A stretch of 64,000 nt of DNA from Saprolegnia diclina VS20. Lineage: Eukaryota. The DNA lies in NCBI RefSeq assembly GCF_000281045.1, contig NW_008246072.1, forward strand, positions 761,232 through 825,231, in the 5' to 3' direction. The notes below the pieces were generated by a model that saw only the letters and a list, made by a program, of their open reading frames with translations, was not told the origin of the DNA and ran no database searches. Below are positions 26,870 through 38,665 of this stretch, piece by piece (the stretch's first letter is position 1; each line of letters begins with the position of its first letter). Position numbers and translations under genes: made by a program.

Positions 26870-29149
26870 TTATTGGAGCAGATGCTCAATCACGCGCTCG
26901 AGGTCGCCTTCGTACTCGTCCAAGAGGCGGCGGCTCGTCTCCTCGTCCGCAAAGCCCATGAGCGAAAGGTCGTCCAGCTGCGCTGCATACACATAGTCTG
27001 CGTGCGCTTCGGCCACATACTCGTAGCTGTCGGCCATGTCGTCCACCACCTCCGTCGCCGACGCTTCCATCGCAATCGCCTCCGAGGCTTCCATCTTGTC
27101 CGAGGTCTCCGTCTCTTCAATGGCCGACGCCTCGTCCATAGTCGACGCCTCGGCAGTATCGTGCACGACCAGCGTCGCCATCGGCAGCGCGGCCACGTCG
27201 TCCTTCAGCATCGTGTCGACGACCGACGTGTTGGGCGCCTTGGTCTTGAGCACGTCATCGTGCGCCACGGCCGCCTCGCCCAGTGGCACCATCTCCACGG
27301 TGGCCGCCACGGCCGGCGGCGGCACCACGGAAATGTCAACCCAAAAACGGTGGCCAAAGCGCGACCCCGACGGCATGCACACGCGGAAGTAGCACACGTA
27401 GCGGCCGGGCTCTTGCGGCGCCGTCAAATCCATCGACAAGACGCACTGCTCGCCGGGGCCGAGCGGCGGCACGCTGCATGCCACGTCGTCAACCACCATG
27501 CCGACGCCGCCCACCATGTGCACGAGGCAGCCGGCCGGCCACGCGTGGTCGCCATTGTTCTCGAGGCGCCATTGCTTCATGAGCGGCTGGCCCGCGACCA
27601 CGACACTGCCGTCTGGCAACGTCACGTCTTCGACAAAGCGGCAGCGGAGGTACGGCGACCGCGCCGTCTCGGGGCTCGGCGCGTGGCGGTGGCCCCGGGG
27701 CACAAAGGGCGCGGGCGGGCCAAAGGCAAACGGCGCAAACGGGTGGCTGTGGGGCTTGGGGCCGCGGCGCCCGCGACGCGGCGGGTAAAAGTCCTGCTCG
27801 ACACGCGCGGCAAACGCCTCGGGCGGCTGCACGTTGGCGTCGTGACGCTGCGCGGCCTCGGTCGCCACGTACAGCGCATACGGCGTCTGGTCGACGCTGG
27901 TAATCTTGAGGAACGGGCCGTGCGACGCATTGTACGCGCCTGTGGCTTCACACGTGTCGCACAAATCAAAGTGCTTGACGACCGCCGACTTGAAGCGGGC
28001 GCCGACGATCGGGTGCTTGGAGCAGCCATCGCACACAATGTTGGTGTGCACGGCCGCAATGGGCGCCGGCTTGGCCTTCTTGAGCGCCTGTGCCTTCTCC
28101 GGCGCCACAATCTTGATGAACGGCTCGTGCGTTGCCGCCCAGTTGCCCGAGGCCTCGCAGGTCGCGCACAAGTCAAAGTCGTCGACGATCGCAGACTTGT
28201 ACCGAATGCCCTCGACCGGCGTCGCGCTGCAGCCGTCGCACTCAATGTTATAGTGGATCGGGAGCTCGGTTTCGATCGACCGGAACGGCGCGTAGGCGCC
28301 GTAGCGTGGCACGACGACGCAAGCGCTGCAAAAGTCCATGTTGCGATCCGTGAGCGACTGGTGTCGGACGCCCACGAGCGGGTACATGCCACAGCCGTCA
28401 CAGATGCGGTGGGTGTGGATCGTTGTCGAGGCGGGCGATGGCTTTTCTTCCTCAAGCGTCTCGTCGATCGACTTGGAGGGCATGGCCTCGGCAGGCACGG
28501 CAACGGGCACCTTGGTAAAGTGGGCCACCAGCGCCGGCAGTGCCGTCGCCAAGAGCTTGGCCGTTTGCGGGCTCTCGTGGAAGACCTGGCTAACCATCGC
28601 GCCAAGGTCATCGGCCTGCATCAAGAGCTCTTCCGCAGCCTGCATGTCCTGCGCGCAAATCGCGTGGACGAGCGCGACCGCGTACGTGTGGTTCTGCCCC
28701 GCGCTGTCGGCCGCCATTCGGCTCCAGCAGTCCACAAAGCCCGCGTCGAGCAAAATGTTGAAAAAGCCAACCTTGAGCGCGACCGTCACGTCTTCATCGG
28801 CAGCAATCGTCCATTCGTGCATGAGCTCCAACAAAACAAACACCGCCTCTTCGACCGTCGCCTTCTTCTCGCCCTTGGTCACCGCGACCGGCGGTTCGTA
28901 CTCGGCCTTGGTGCCCTTGACGTCCACGCGCAGCGTCGTCATGCGGGCCTCGCGGATGTAGGCAAAGGCTTCGTCGAGGTCGGCTTGGTTGGCGATGGTC
29001 ACCACGTCGCCGTCGCCATCAACGTAGCTCATGCTGCATGTGGCGAGGCCAAATTCGCTGCACACATGCGCCTTGAAGAGGATGAACTCATGGAGGAAGG
29101 CCATGTCGGTCGGGAGCGCGACCGCGTCGCCGTCGTACGCTACTTCCAT
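26870..29149 (-). CDS. NBR1-like selective autophagy receptor (PB1 - 3x ZZ - FW - UBA)
   Basis: PB1 (MSYVDGDGDVVTI); three CDGC...CxxC ZZ fingers; FW domain (FVEDVTLPDG..KQWRLENNG..WP..FGHRFW); UBA (LSLMGF). Confidence 0.9.
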   Translation of the reverse strand: MEVAYDGDAVALPTDMAFLHEFILFKAHVCSEFGLATCSMSYVDGDGDVVTIANQADLDEAFAYIREARMTTLRVDVKGTKAEYEPPVAVTKGEKKATVEEAVFVLLELMHEWTIAADEDVTVALKVGFFNILLDAGFVDCWSRMAADSAGQNHTYAVALVHAICAQDMQAAEELLMQADDLGAMVSQVFHESPQTAKLLATALPALVAHFTKVPVAVPAEAMPSKSIDETLEEEKPSPASTTIHTHRICDGCGMYPLVGVRHQSLTDRNMDFCSACVVVPRYGAYAPFRSIETELPIHYNIECDGCSATPVEGIRYKSAIVDDFDLCATCEASGNWAATHEPFIKIVAPEKAQALKKAKPAPIAAVHTNIVCDGCSKHPIVGARFKSAVVKHFDLCDTCEATGAYNASHGPFLKITSVDQTPYALYVATEAAQRHDANVQPPEAFAARVEQDFYPPRRGRRGPKPHSHPFAPFAFGPPAPFVPRGHRHAPSPETARSPYLRCRFVEDVTLPDGSVVVAGQPLMKQWRLENNGDHAWPAGCLVHMVGGVGMVVDDVACSVPPLGPGEQCVLSMDLTAPQEPGRYVCYFRVCMPSGSRFGHRFWVDISVVPPPAVAATVEMVPLGEAAVAHDDVLKTKAPNTSVVDTMLKDDVAALPMATLVVHDTAEASTMDEASAIEETETSDKMEASEAIAMEASATEVVDDMADSYEYVAEAHADYVYAAQLDDLSLMGFADEETSRRLLDEYEGDLERVIEHLLQ

Positions 29150-29949
29150 GCTGCTACCTCCTGCGTCTCGTCCGGCAAATCTGCAACTGCTGCTCCAAGC
29201 CTATTCCCAGAAAGAACGATCTTCTTTTTCTTCCGTTTTATTCGGCATACAAACAACAAGCTATACGCAATTAAAATACGCAGAATTCGAAACCGTGCAC
29301 GAGAATGGTGGTCCTTTTAAATCGAGAAGCCGCGTCGTTACGGTCGTTTTCGTTTGCCGGCAAGATGCAACGCCGTCAATCGAAAACGGTTGTAAAGGCA
29401 ATGGGTATCGCGAAGCTTTGTCGATATTGCACGCACAGTGATCACAAGACCGGTAGAAACATTTTTGTTTCACGCCAACGGTACCGTAACCCCCGGGCTG
29501 GCACCACCAAACACGCGTGATGGTGCTTCTTACCGACACTTGAGGCATACAAAAAGACGTTGTCGGCTAGGATGCACGCAAGCCGGTAAAACGACAGGCC
29601 CAAAATAACGAGCCAGGCCACTATGACGTGGCAGCACGAGTGACCAACCGCAGAGACAGCAGATCCACTTGCCAAGGGTACTCATTGTACGGTTGAAAAT
29701 TGGTATGCAGCGCCTCTCGTAGAGGCTTATAGCCTGAGTTCTCCCTGGACACCAAGCTCTTATGCAGCATCCTGGCAAGGACAATCCCTGCAAGCTGCGT
29801 CAACGACCTAAGCTGCCTGTACAAGGAAGGTACTAGTACATAGCTTCCTATCAAGCGTCGTATACGAATTCGGTGCTATCTATATCACTGGACTGAGCAG
29901 CATCGCCGGTAGGCAGCTCGGGTTCCTACCGTCAACGCGACTTGACGAG

Positions 29950-30004
29950 TATCCGGATAAGGAGCCGGATAACGTGGACACTGCCGTATCCGGATATTAT
30001 CCGG
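29950..30004. promoter_or_regulatory. cluster of TATCCGG(ATA) motifs upstream of RING gene 1
   Basis: TATCCGGATA at 29950 and 29987, CCGGATAA at 29965, TATCCGG at 29998; function inferred. Confidence 0.5.
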
Positions 30005-30047
30005 TTGTTCCCGATCTTAGCCTCTCAGAGTCGAAGCAGCCGCGTCG

Positions 30048-31724
30048 ATGGCAACCCCTGTGGCGGAGCAGCAAGGTCCGCCTTCGACGGCGCCGAGACT
30101 CGCCGACGTCTTCCGCGCTCGCGAAGCCTGCTTTAAGGGGCTCGTCCAGCAGAAGAACAAGGAGGCCGAAACACTGCGGCGCCAACTCATTGAGTCGAAC
30201 ATGGAAGTCGAGCGCTTGAAGGTGTATCCTGGCTCGTCTGGCGGCGAGGGACTGAGCGGTCCTTACGTAGATCCAGGTTCTCGCTCACGAGCGCGCGCTC
30301 GCAGAAGCTCGAAGTGCTCGCCGCGACGAGACCGAGGTACGGCCCACCGACGACTGGAACATCTGCCGATGATGATGATGGGACGACAGGCCATGGTCGA
30401 GCTCGACGACGACCACGGACTTGAAGCGCCCTCGCCGACTCCAAGCGACCGTGACGATCGTTGTGATGGCATAGCTGACGAAGCGCTTCGCTACGACCCT
30501 CATGAAGTCCAGATGGAGCGCGAGGACGAGCAAGCTGCACCTGCGCACGATGCACTTACGACCCCTCGCCACGACGACATCAGCGACGAAGAGGCGTACG
30601 AGCAAGGTTTCGCGCCCATGGAAAGCGGCGATGATGCGTCCAGCGACAACGGCGACTTTGAGTTTGGCGCTCCCGAGCTTCTTCCGGTATTTCTGCAACA
30701 TGCCCTTTCTGTCGGTGCAACTCCTCATGGATGCGTCTAGTTGCAGGAGCAAGGTCTGTTTGCGTCCTCTGCGAGCATCAACAGCTCAAGCGTCATCATT
30801 CCTGTCCGGCGCGTGCTGTATCGACACGAGCTGCGCAATGCGCAGGTGTCGCCGCCCCACCGCCCGCCGACCCAGCCCACGGCTCGTACGCCACAGCGCG
30901 AGGCGCCTCCTGCTGAAGGGCAGCCGCGTGCGCAGCGGCCCCGCACAGAACTGATTGGCATTCCGCAACCCGAGTTTGCCCTTCTCAGCGCCGAGCAGCG
31001 CCGAGCCGCCCGAGCGTTCAGCCACTTGACGCGCGATCCGACGATTTCAACAAACGTCGCGGCCACGCTTTTGGCGCCGATCCGTCGGCGCAGCCAAGGA
31101 CCAGTGGTCCACGCGCTGCCGTTGCCGCCGCTGCGCAGAAAAAAAGTGCCAGGTGCACCGACGCGCCGCGTCCTGAGCGAAGACGACACGAACCAGCGCC
31201 GCTTGCTACGACTGCAGTTCTACCGCGTACGTCCCATCGTCGTTGACGCGTGACGACAGCAAACGTTCAATGACGTAGAACAAGGAGATGGTCGACGCAT
31301 TTGAAGCCTACAAGCGCCAGGAGCTCATGACAGCGCGTCGGATCTCGCCACAGGTAGATACGTGTTCACCTTGCATGTTGTTCATGCTTGCACGAGCACC
31401 TTGGGGCAACGCGCGAGAAATTTGCGGACGACTTTCCGGCCGTGACCGACTTTATGTGGCAATTTATGGCGTCGCAGACGTGGCCGCAACACACGGCGTT
31501 GCAACTCGAGTGCGTTTCCACTCTTCGCCATAGTCTCTCAACTGCTGCGTAGGTGCTCCATTTGCACGGAAGTCTACAGCGCCGGCGAGACCGTCGCGAC
31601 GCTGCCGTGCGCGCACCTATTCCACGACGACTGCATCAAGCCGTGGTTTGCCGAACACGACAAGTGCCCGCAGTGCAAGACGCTCATCGTGCCAACGCGC
31701 GGAACCCTCGGCAAGCGCCCATGA
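30048..31724 (+). CDS. RING-H2 E3 ligase-like protein, paralog 1, multi-exon
   Basis: N-terminal coiled coil, acidic middle, last exon CSICTEVY..TLPCAHLFHDDCIKPWFAEHDKCPQCK. Confidence 0.8.
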
Positions 31725-32018
31725 GTCGCACGCTTCGACGTTGCGTGCCACGATGTTGTACGAAGTCGAGCCAACGATTTTCTAGTGGATCAATACAAAC
31801 ACGTCTTGTCTCTCTACTTGCTTTGCCGCCTCTACAGGCTCGGAACTGGATGGTTGCGTCCACAGCAGCGCGGGTGTCTGCACCCAATCTCTACAGTCGA
31901 TAGTAGGTGGAGTCATAGGTAGCTCTTGCTTGGATGATACTAGTATGCATGTGCTGGGGTGCCATTGGCCGCGTGTTGTTTCTTGACCCAATCCTGACGC
32001 TCGCGCCGCCACGATGTT

Positions 32019-32064
32019 TATCCGGTATTACCGGATAACACGGTTTATCCGGATGTTTATCCGG
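32019..32064. promoter_or_regulatory. cluster of TATCCGG motifs upstream of RING gene 2
   Basis: four copies at 32019, 32031, 32046 and 32058; function inferred. Confidence 0.5.
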
Positions 32065-32119
32065 TGGCCCCCGATCTTAGTTTCTCAGAGTCGGATACGC
32101 AGCGCGGAAGGCAAGGCCG

Positions 32120-33856
32120 ATGGAGGCCGAAGACGACGGCCCCCCGCCTGAAATGCTCCAGGCCGACATCTTCCGCGCCCTGGAAGCCAATCTCATGGCG
32201 CTTGTCCGTCATTCGAGGGCGGAGGCCGAAGCACTGCGGCGCCAGCTCATCGAGTCGAACAAGGAGGTCGAGCACTTCAAGGTACATGGCTTGTCCATGG
32301 ACCGGGCGTATGACGAGCCGCCCATAGGAGCAAGCTCAGCGATCTGCGGCTTTGAGCGATCGGCATGGAAGCGGCGACGAGGACGAGGTACGATGCGACG
32401 TTGTTTGCAGAATCGGACGATGCTGATGGTTCAGGCCATGGACGAGTCCGAGGACGACGACGAACGCTACGAGCGTTTCCATGGACGAGTCCGAGACCGA
32501 CGACGACCGCTACGAGCGCTACCTTGCTACCACGACCCTTACGAGTTTGATGAGGAAGCGCACGAGGAGCAACGCTACGCCATGATGGAAGCCCAGGCGA
32601 ACCCGCCCGTCGAAGCGTTTGCGAGTGATGACGATGACTACAACGGCGAGACGCAGGGCCAAGGTATTGAGCCAACATCAAGCGACAACGACGCGGGCAG
32701 CGACAATGACGCGGGCAGCGACAATGAGATCGACCCTGTTGAATGCGTCCAGGTAACGCGTGATCTTTCTGTCGAGTACCTTCTAGCACATGCATAACAG
32801 CGCCAAGACGATAACCAAGATGGAGAGGCGCCAAGCTTCGAGCCCATGGAAAGCGGCAGCGATGTGCCCAGCGATAACGAGCACGAGGAGCCCCGCCAGG
32901 TGCTGCATCTCCTGGCTTTTCTCTCACACAGTCTCTCACATACATGTATTGCAGTTTTTGGCTGCTTCTAGCGGAGGCGGCTCACCCCAAGTCATTCGCG
33001 TGCGACGATCGCAGTATCGGCAACACGCTCGTCGCGCGCAAGTGGCATCGCCCGATGGGTCTGACCGAACCGGTCGAGCGGCAAAACGCCCAGCGCCGCA
33101 TGCGGGCGGCCGACAGCCTGCCCAGCGACGTCGCACATGGTCACCGTCGAGTGTGTCGTCCGACAGAGTCCGCGAGGCGGGTGCTTGCGATTACCATCCG
33201 TCGCGCGCTGAAGAACCAGCGCCGGAACCCATGCGTCTGCGCAAGCACGGACCGGTCACCGAGACGCTGCCGCTGCCTGCGCTACGTGTCAACAAGCCGT
33301 GTACGCTCACGGACGCGGAGAAGGCGCAGATCAGCCTGAAGCGACTGCTCTACTACCGCGTACGTTCTACCACGTCCCATGGAGCCGATGCATTTCCGGT
33401 GCGTAGCACAAAAGTCTTCTCGAAAAGTACGAAGCCCACATTCGCGAGCGCCTTGTCGAAGCGCGTCGGATCTCGATCGAGGTAAGATCTTACACCGCAC
33501 GCACCAGGAGGCACTTGTACTAGGCGTACGACGAATTGGCCCGAGCCTTTGTCGAGGATTTTGCGGCGCTCACCAACTTTGTGTGGCCGTACTTCGAGAC
33601 GCAGTCGTGGCCCCGCGATACCGAGCTGGACATCGAGTACGATGCCTGCAAGACGCGGTGACTCAACCAAGTACTACGATGTAGGTGCTCCATCTGCACC
33701 GAGAGCTATAAAGCCGACGAGTGCGTCGTGACGCTGCCCTGCATGCACCTCTTCCACAACGACTGCGCCAAGCCGTGGTTGGAGGCGCATGACGAGTGCC
33801 CACAGTGCAAGACGATCGTCGTTCCGACCCGTGAAACCCTCGGCCGTCGCCCTTGA
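32120..33856 (+). CDS. RING-H2 E3 ligase-like protein, paralog 2, multi-exon
   Basis: shares [17 protein letters not shown] with paralog 1; last exon [35 protein letters not shown]. Confidence 0.8.
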
Positions 33857-34396
33857 CACGCAGCAGCAGCCCCTTGACACAGTGCTGCATCGTGTGATGT
33901 ATAAAAACTCAAATTTTGACAAGCCATGTCATATGTGTTGATCGGCTTTGGCGTGGAAGCGGGCGCAGAGCGTCCGTGGCGGCAGGTCCTACGCTACTTC
34001 ATCAGATACATTTGCAACTATGGGTTGACAGCGAGTAAGTCCGCATGACCTTGTCGTCCCAAGGACGACTCTATGATACGCGTCGACATAGCGCACGTCT
34101 TGAGGCGTTGTTGTCGGTCCCGCGCGAAAGATATCCGTTGTGACATGAATACAGTGTATGCAATACACTGTATTGCCAGCTCTTCCGCACACGAGTAGGG
34201 GATGTGTAGCGGATCGGCCCAAACCGCCCTGCTTTGCCATGCAGCAGCGCAGTGAGCGCTGCATAGTATTGAGGCGCTGGCTCCTATTTGCTTGCGCGTT
34301 GGCTGCGCTGAGGGCTCCTCCCTCGTATCCGGATTCCGGATAAAGAAGGCTCGTGCAGTGTATTCTGTGTTTTCTGGAAAGTCCGACCACCAAGCC

Positions 34397-35263
34397 ATGC
34401 AAGTGCCCGCGGAAGCCCAGGCGGCGATCACGACCGAGCGCTGGGCGCAGCTTGAGGCTATGGTCGGCAGCAACTTCGCAGGCATGAAGAGTGACGTTGC
34501 TGCCCTGCGCCACGCGGCGACAGAGCTTGGGGTCCAGGCCAAGCTGGTCGAGGACGGGGACTGCACGGTGTTGCAGGGCTCCATTCGTTACAGCGTCAAG
34601 AAGGTACGCCAGCGCGAGCGATGCCATACGAGGTCACGATCATGACATAGCACAAGCGTCAAATGGTGCTAGCTGCGCGCAAGACGCCAGAGAAGAAAGT
34701 GCACCCCACGTCGTTGGCGAGAGCGTCCAAGAAGGTACATGCCTCTCTACCCTCGACACCGACAAACGCATCTTCCTTGGGTGTCTAGCGCGCTTCTCCA
34801 GCTGCGACCCGAACGGCGCTCACAACGCCGACGAAGCGTCAGAAGACAACGGACGGCTCTTCGAAGGCCGAGCTTCCCGCGGGGTTCTTTGGGCCTTTTA
34901 AATTTCCGGCGTTGCCAGGTATTGTCGTGCGATCGCCGGGTGCTTTTCTTAGGATGCAACGTAGGCGGCGCGCCGACTGGATTGATGCCCACTTCATTTC
35001 GCCTCGGAGAAGACCCAGCCTTGACGTGGACAGTGTTCGGCCGCCACGTCGAGTTCAAAGACGGACTTGCAGCGCTCATTCTCGCAAAGACGTCGATGGC
35101 ACCAGAGTGTGTCATCCCGCACCAGCGCAGCTCACTCATGGGCGATTCATTTCTTGTTGTTTGGAAATCCAAGGACGACGCCGCGCTAGCGTTCAAGCAG
35201 TTGCTGCCCGAGTGCCCTGAAAACCCATGTGTCTGCTACTACGAGAAGGTCAAGTCGCTCTAA
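34397..35263 (+). CDS. hypothetical multi-exon protein
   Basis: ATG after a TATCCGG motif; exon pieces separated by GT-AG introns; N-terminus resembles the 41.4-41.6 kb relic. Confidence 0.5.
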
Positions 35264-35477
35264 ATTGCGTCTCCACGCGCAGCCGACTCTTTTTAACGTA
35301 ACCTATTTTGCATGCGGATACTGTGTGTTTGATGGTCCCGTATGAGTGACTATATGCCGTAGCATACCCCCAGGCAATGACATAACAACATACATTTCAT
35401 TATCTCAAAAAGCAATATCAGACTCGGCAAGTCGGTGACGCTGTTCAACGACTTGCGGCTGGGACACACAAAGTTGA

Positions 35478-36419
35478 CTAGTCGTCGGTGCCGCAGTGCG
35501 TCTCGATCCAATCGTGTCGAGCGACAAGCGCGGCTGGGAGGCGGTCGCATTTCTCTTGTTGCAAGAGCTTGGCAATCAGGTCCCACGCGCTGTCAGAGAT
35601 GTGAGGCGGCCGCTTCACGTGCTCGTCCTGGATGCGCTTCTTCATTTGGTCCTCCGTCAAATTGCTGCCAAGCGAGAACGGCGGGTAGCCAACGAGAAGC
35701 TCGTATGTCAGGATGCCCAAAGACCAGAGGTCCGTCTACGAACGACGCTTTAAAACGACCAAGTGCTTTGCTTTGCTGTACCGTGGCGTCATGGGGCTGG
35801 CCAGCGGCGACTTCTGGTGACATATAGTCAGTCGTTCCCACCGCACGGAGTTGCTGCTGGCACTTCCACGTGTAGACGGAAACGCCCACGTCGGCAATTT
35901 TGTAGCGACCCTAAGCAAATGTGAGCAAGCGAGAAAGGACATGCAAGAGCAAACATCGCAGTCGATCAGAATGTTCTCGGCCTTGATATCGCGGTGCGCG
36001 CAGCCATAGGCGTGCATGTAGGCAAGACCACACGCGACATCGTGGATGCAGCGAGCAGCTTGGTCCTCGCGCCATGGCGCCTGTTGGTCCAGCACGTCGA
36101 AGACGGCGCCGCCCGGGAGGTACTCCAAGACGAGATACACGTTCGTCGCATCCTCGAAGACTGTATAAAGACGCACGATCCGGTCGTGCACCAGCGCGAG
36201 CTGTATGTCGATCTCGCGCCACAGAGCTTCGGCTCGGCGCGGGACCTGGTCGTCGCTCTTCGCAACAACCTTGACGGCGAAGTGGCGGCCAGACGCCATG
36301 TGCTGCGCGAGGTAGACATCCGCGGATCCTCCTTTGCCGAGCTTGCGGGTGGGCGCGAGGCCGTGAGGCGCGGAGGCCAGCATCAAGGCCGTGGGAATGG
36401 CGTCCGTCGTCGTGCTCAT
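35478..36419 (-). CDS. divergent Aurora-like Ser/Thr kinase, 3 exons
   Basis: LGKGGSADVYLA, FAVK, REIDIQ, HRDIKAEN, ADVG (DFG position), GTTDYMSPE and DLWSLGILTYELLVGYPPF. Confidence 0.85.
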
Positions 36420-37271
36420 GGGTCGCCTGCGTTCTTTTCTTATCTGAAATCTATTTTTAGCGCTGTATCCGGACTCGGTCCAGCATTTTGACCAATCCGG
36501 AAGCCGATAGCGTCAAAATGATGTGATTGGCGATCTATTCCTGCATTTGGACCAATCCACGGCCGCAACCAAGATTTGCTCAGGAGGAGCGGCTCGGTGA
36601 TTGACGTCGGCTTTGACGCAATTGTACCTTGCAGGTCGTCGTCATGCAAGCGCCTGTGGACGGCGAGCGCGCCTGTCGACTTCGCGCCAAGCGACCGCTC
36701 CTGGTAGCGACCAGCGAGATGAGCGTCTGCTTGCTGGTAAATGCTATCTATGCCCATGCGCTGGCGTGCCCTGGCGCGGGTCATGGAGCATCTGCGCCAG
36801 ACTGGACCTTGTCGACAGTCGATGCTGCAAGAACGACCGAGCGCCAATGCAACACATTGCGCTATGTACCTCCTCGCGCCACGATTCGCCCGAAAGCCAC
36901 ATCTCATGGCACCGTTTAGGACTTTGGCGCAGTTCCGCGGATCCGTCGCTCTGCAGCTGCGCGTCAAGGCGCAAGGATGGCATCGATTGCGTTCAAGGCG
37001 CGCTACGAGACGAAGACATGGGCATTGCGCGGGGTCAGCGCAAGCTAGGACATTGTTGAGCTTGCCCACATACGTCTGCGGTATCGAGTTGGGCAGCCGT
37101 AGGGACGAACCGTCACTGTAGAAGCAGCTCATCCCTCTCGTTCTTCATCGGCGCACCAGCTCGGCGCACCGAGATTGTGAAATGATAAACATTTGCCTGC
37201 GTCTCATTGGCGCGTTTTCTGGGATTATATCCAATCCAATCGGTGGTGTGAACTAGTTGCATGCACTGAGT

Positions 37272-37722
37272 GGTACATACCCCTATTCCCCACCATCGAC
37301 GAGGACAGGTGATGGAGAATACGACAATAATGGTATGTGTACACGGATAGACCATTAGCTACCACTGCGTCCACGTCGCTGAGCCACACCTCTTTTTGAT
37401 CAACGGCAAGGTCGTCGCTTCCTCGTACGCGCACGCCGAGGTGCAGCTCGACAACTTTGATGCGTAATCATTTTTCGCTATTTGCTGGCGCCACCCCCGG
37501 CCGACTTGAGGAAGGCGTCGAGGTGCTGGCCTTGGTACTTGAGGAACTCGATCTCCTCTTTGTAGCGCTTCTCCTGGAGCGCGCGTCGCTCGCTGCTTCG
37601 CTTCTCAATCACCTACACACAATCCTTCCGGTTGAAACCTTGATACATTTCACTTCAGGTCGACCTCAAGCTTGTTGGTGAGTTCGAGCACCTTGTTTTC
37701 GTACTCGCGCTTCTCTTCCGTG
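37272..37722. repeat. inverted duplication copy A (TTC5 last intron/exon + DNALI1 3' end)
   Basis: reverse complement of 45337-46091 with scattered substitutions. Confidence 0.92.
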
Positions 37723-38485
37723 AGCACGTGGATCTAAACCACACGGCGTTGGTCGAGGGATCGAACCCGGCATTCGGCAGACCCGATCTTCGAGCGACCC
37801 CATGCCTTGCTCGGCTTGGAGCTGCTTGCGCACACCAAACGTAATGCTACGAGGATGGTCCTGGATGCCGCAGCCACATTATGGGTACATACCTGCTCTC
37901 GTAGAGCGTCTTGTACGCGTCGGTCGTCATGCGAATCTCATCGCGAATGCGCAAGAGCAACAGGCCGCGCTCCGGCGAGTTGATGGCGACTTCACGAATG
38001 AGCTCGTCTAGAAGAGCAAGGCTACAGGGTCATCTGCTATACATGTGCGCACCAAAGCACTGGGCGTAAATGTCTTCGCGGACGGGGCAGATGCCACTCT
38101 CGCGGGCTTGGCGCTTGAGGAGCTTGGCGTCCATTTGCTCCTGCAAGCATCATGGTCCGCGTCAAGAAGCGCATATTGTGACGTCGGAAGCGTCTACCTG
38201 GAGCTTGATGACATCAAAGCGCGTCGAGGGCTCGGCCGACGTGTAGCGCATCCAGTACCCTGTCTCTTCCTTCCACATCCTACATGCCCATGTAGAGTCG
38301 ATGCTCGGGTATGACGACGTCTACTGGGGCGGCAGCATGGCGTTGAGCACATCTTCAATGCGCGCGACAGGGTCGATCTTGGCGCCCGGCGCGGCCTTGG
38401 CCTTCTTGACGCCTTCGTTGCTCTCGCCCGTAAAGATGGGCGTGTCGTAGCTCACGAGGCTCTCGGGCGGCGACGGCTCGGCCAT
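37478..38485 (-). CDS. DNALI1: axonemal inner-arm dynein light intermediate chain p28, multi-exon
   Basis: EDVLNAMLPP, RQARESGICPVREDIYAQCFDELIREVAINSPERGLLLLRIRDEIRMT..AYKTLYES and FGVRKQLQAEQG. Confidence 0.92.
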
Positions 38486-38665
38486 GTCCCTTCAAGATCC
38501 AATCTCGGTGTGAATCGGAAATTTGTCAGGAAAATCCTCAGAAAATCAACCGCGACGCCAACAAGCGCGGAGATGAGAGCCGCGCGCAGGTGCTTGAAGG
38601 CGTAGGCTGGACGGAGTGGCGAAGATATGGTGGCCTGCTACTTCCCTGGCGCGTGCCACTTGAGG

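Noticed and set aside
29640..29740. Possible piggyBac-like motif (TVENWYAAPL)
   Set aside because: Too short and lacks the catalytic Asp; no supporting motifs or TTAA ends.
37750..37780. tRNA T-arm/B-box-like GGGTTCGATCCC on the minus strand
   Set aside because: Lies in a ~50-nt DNALI1 intron; no cloverleaf or A-box.
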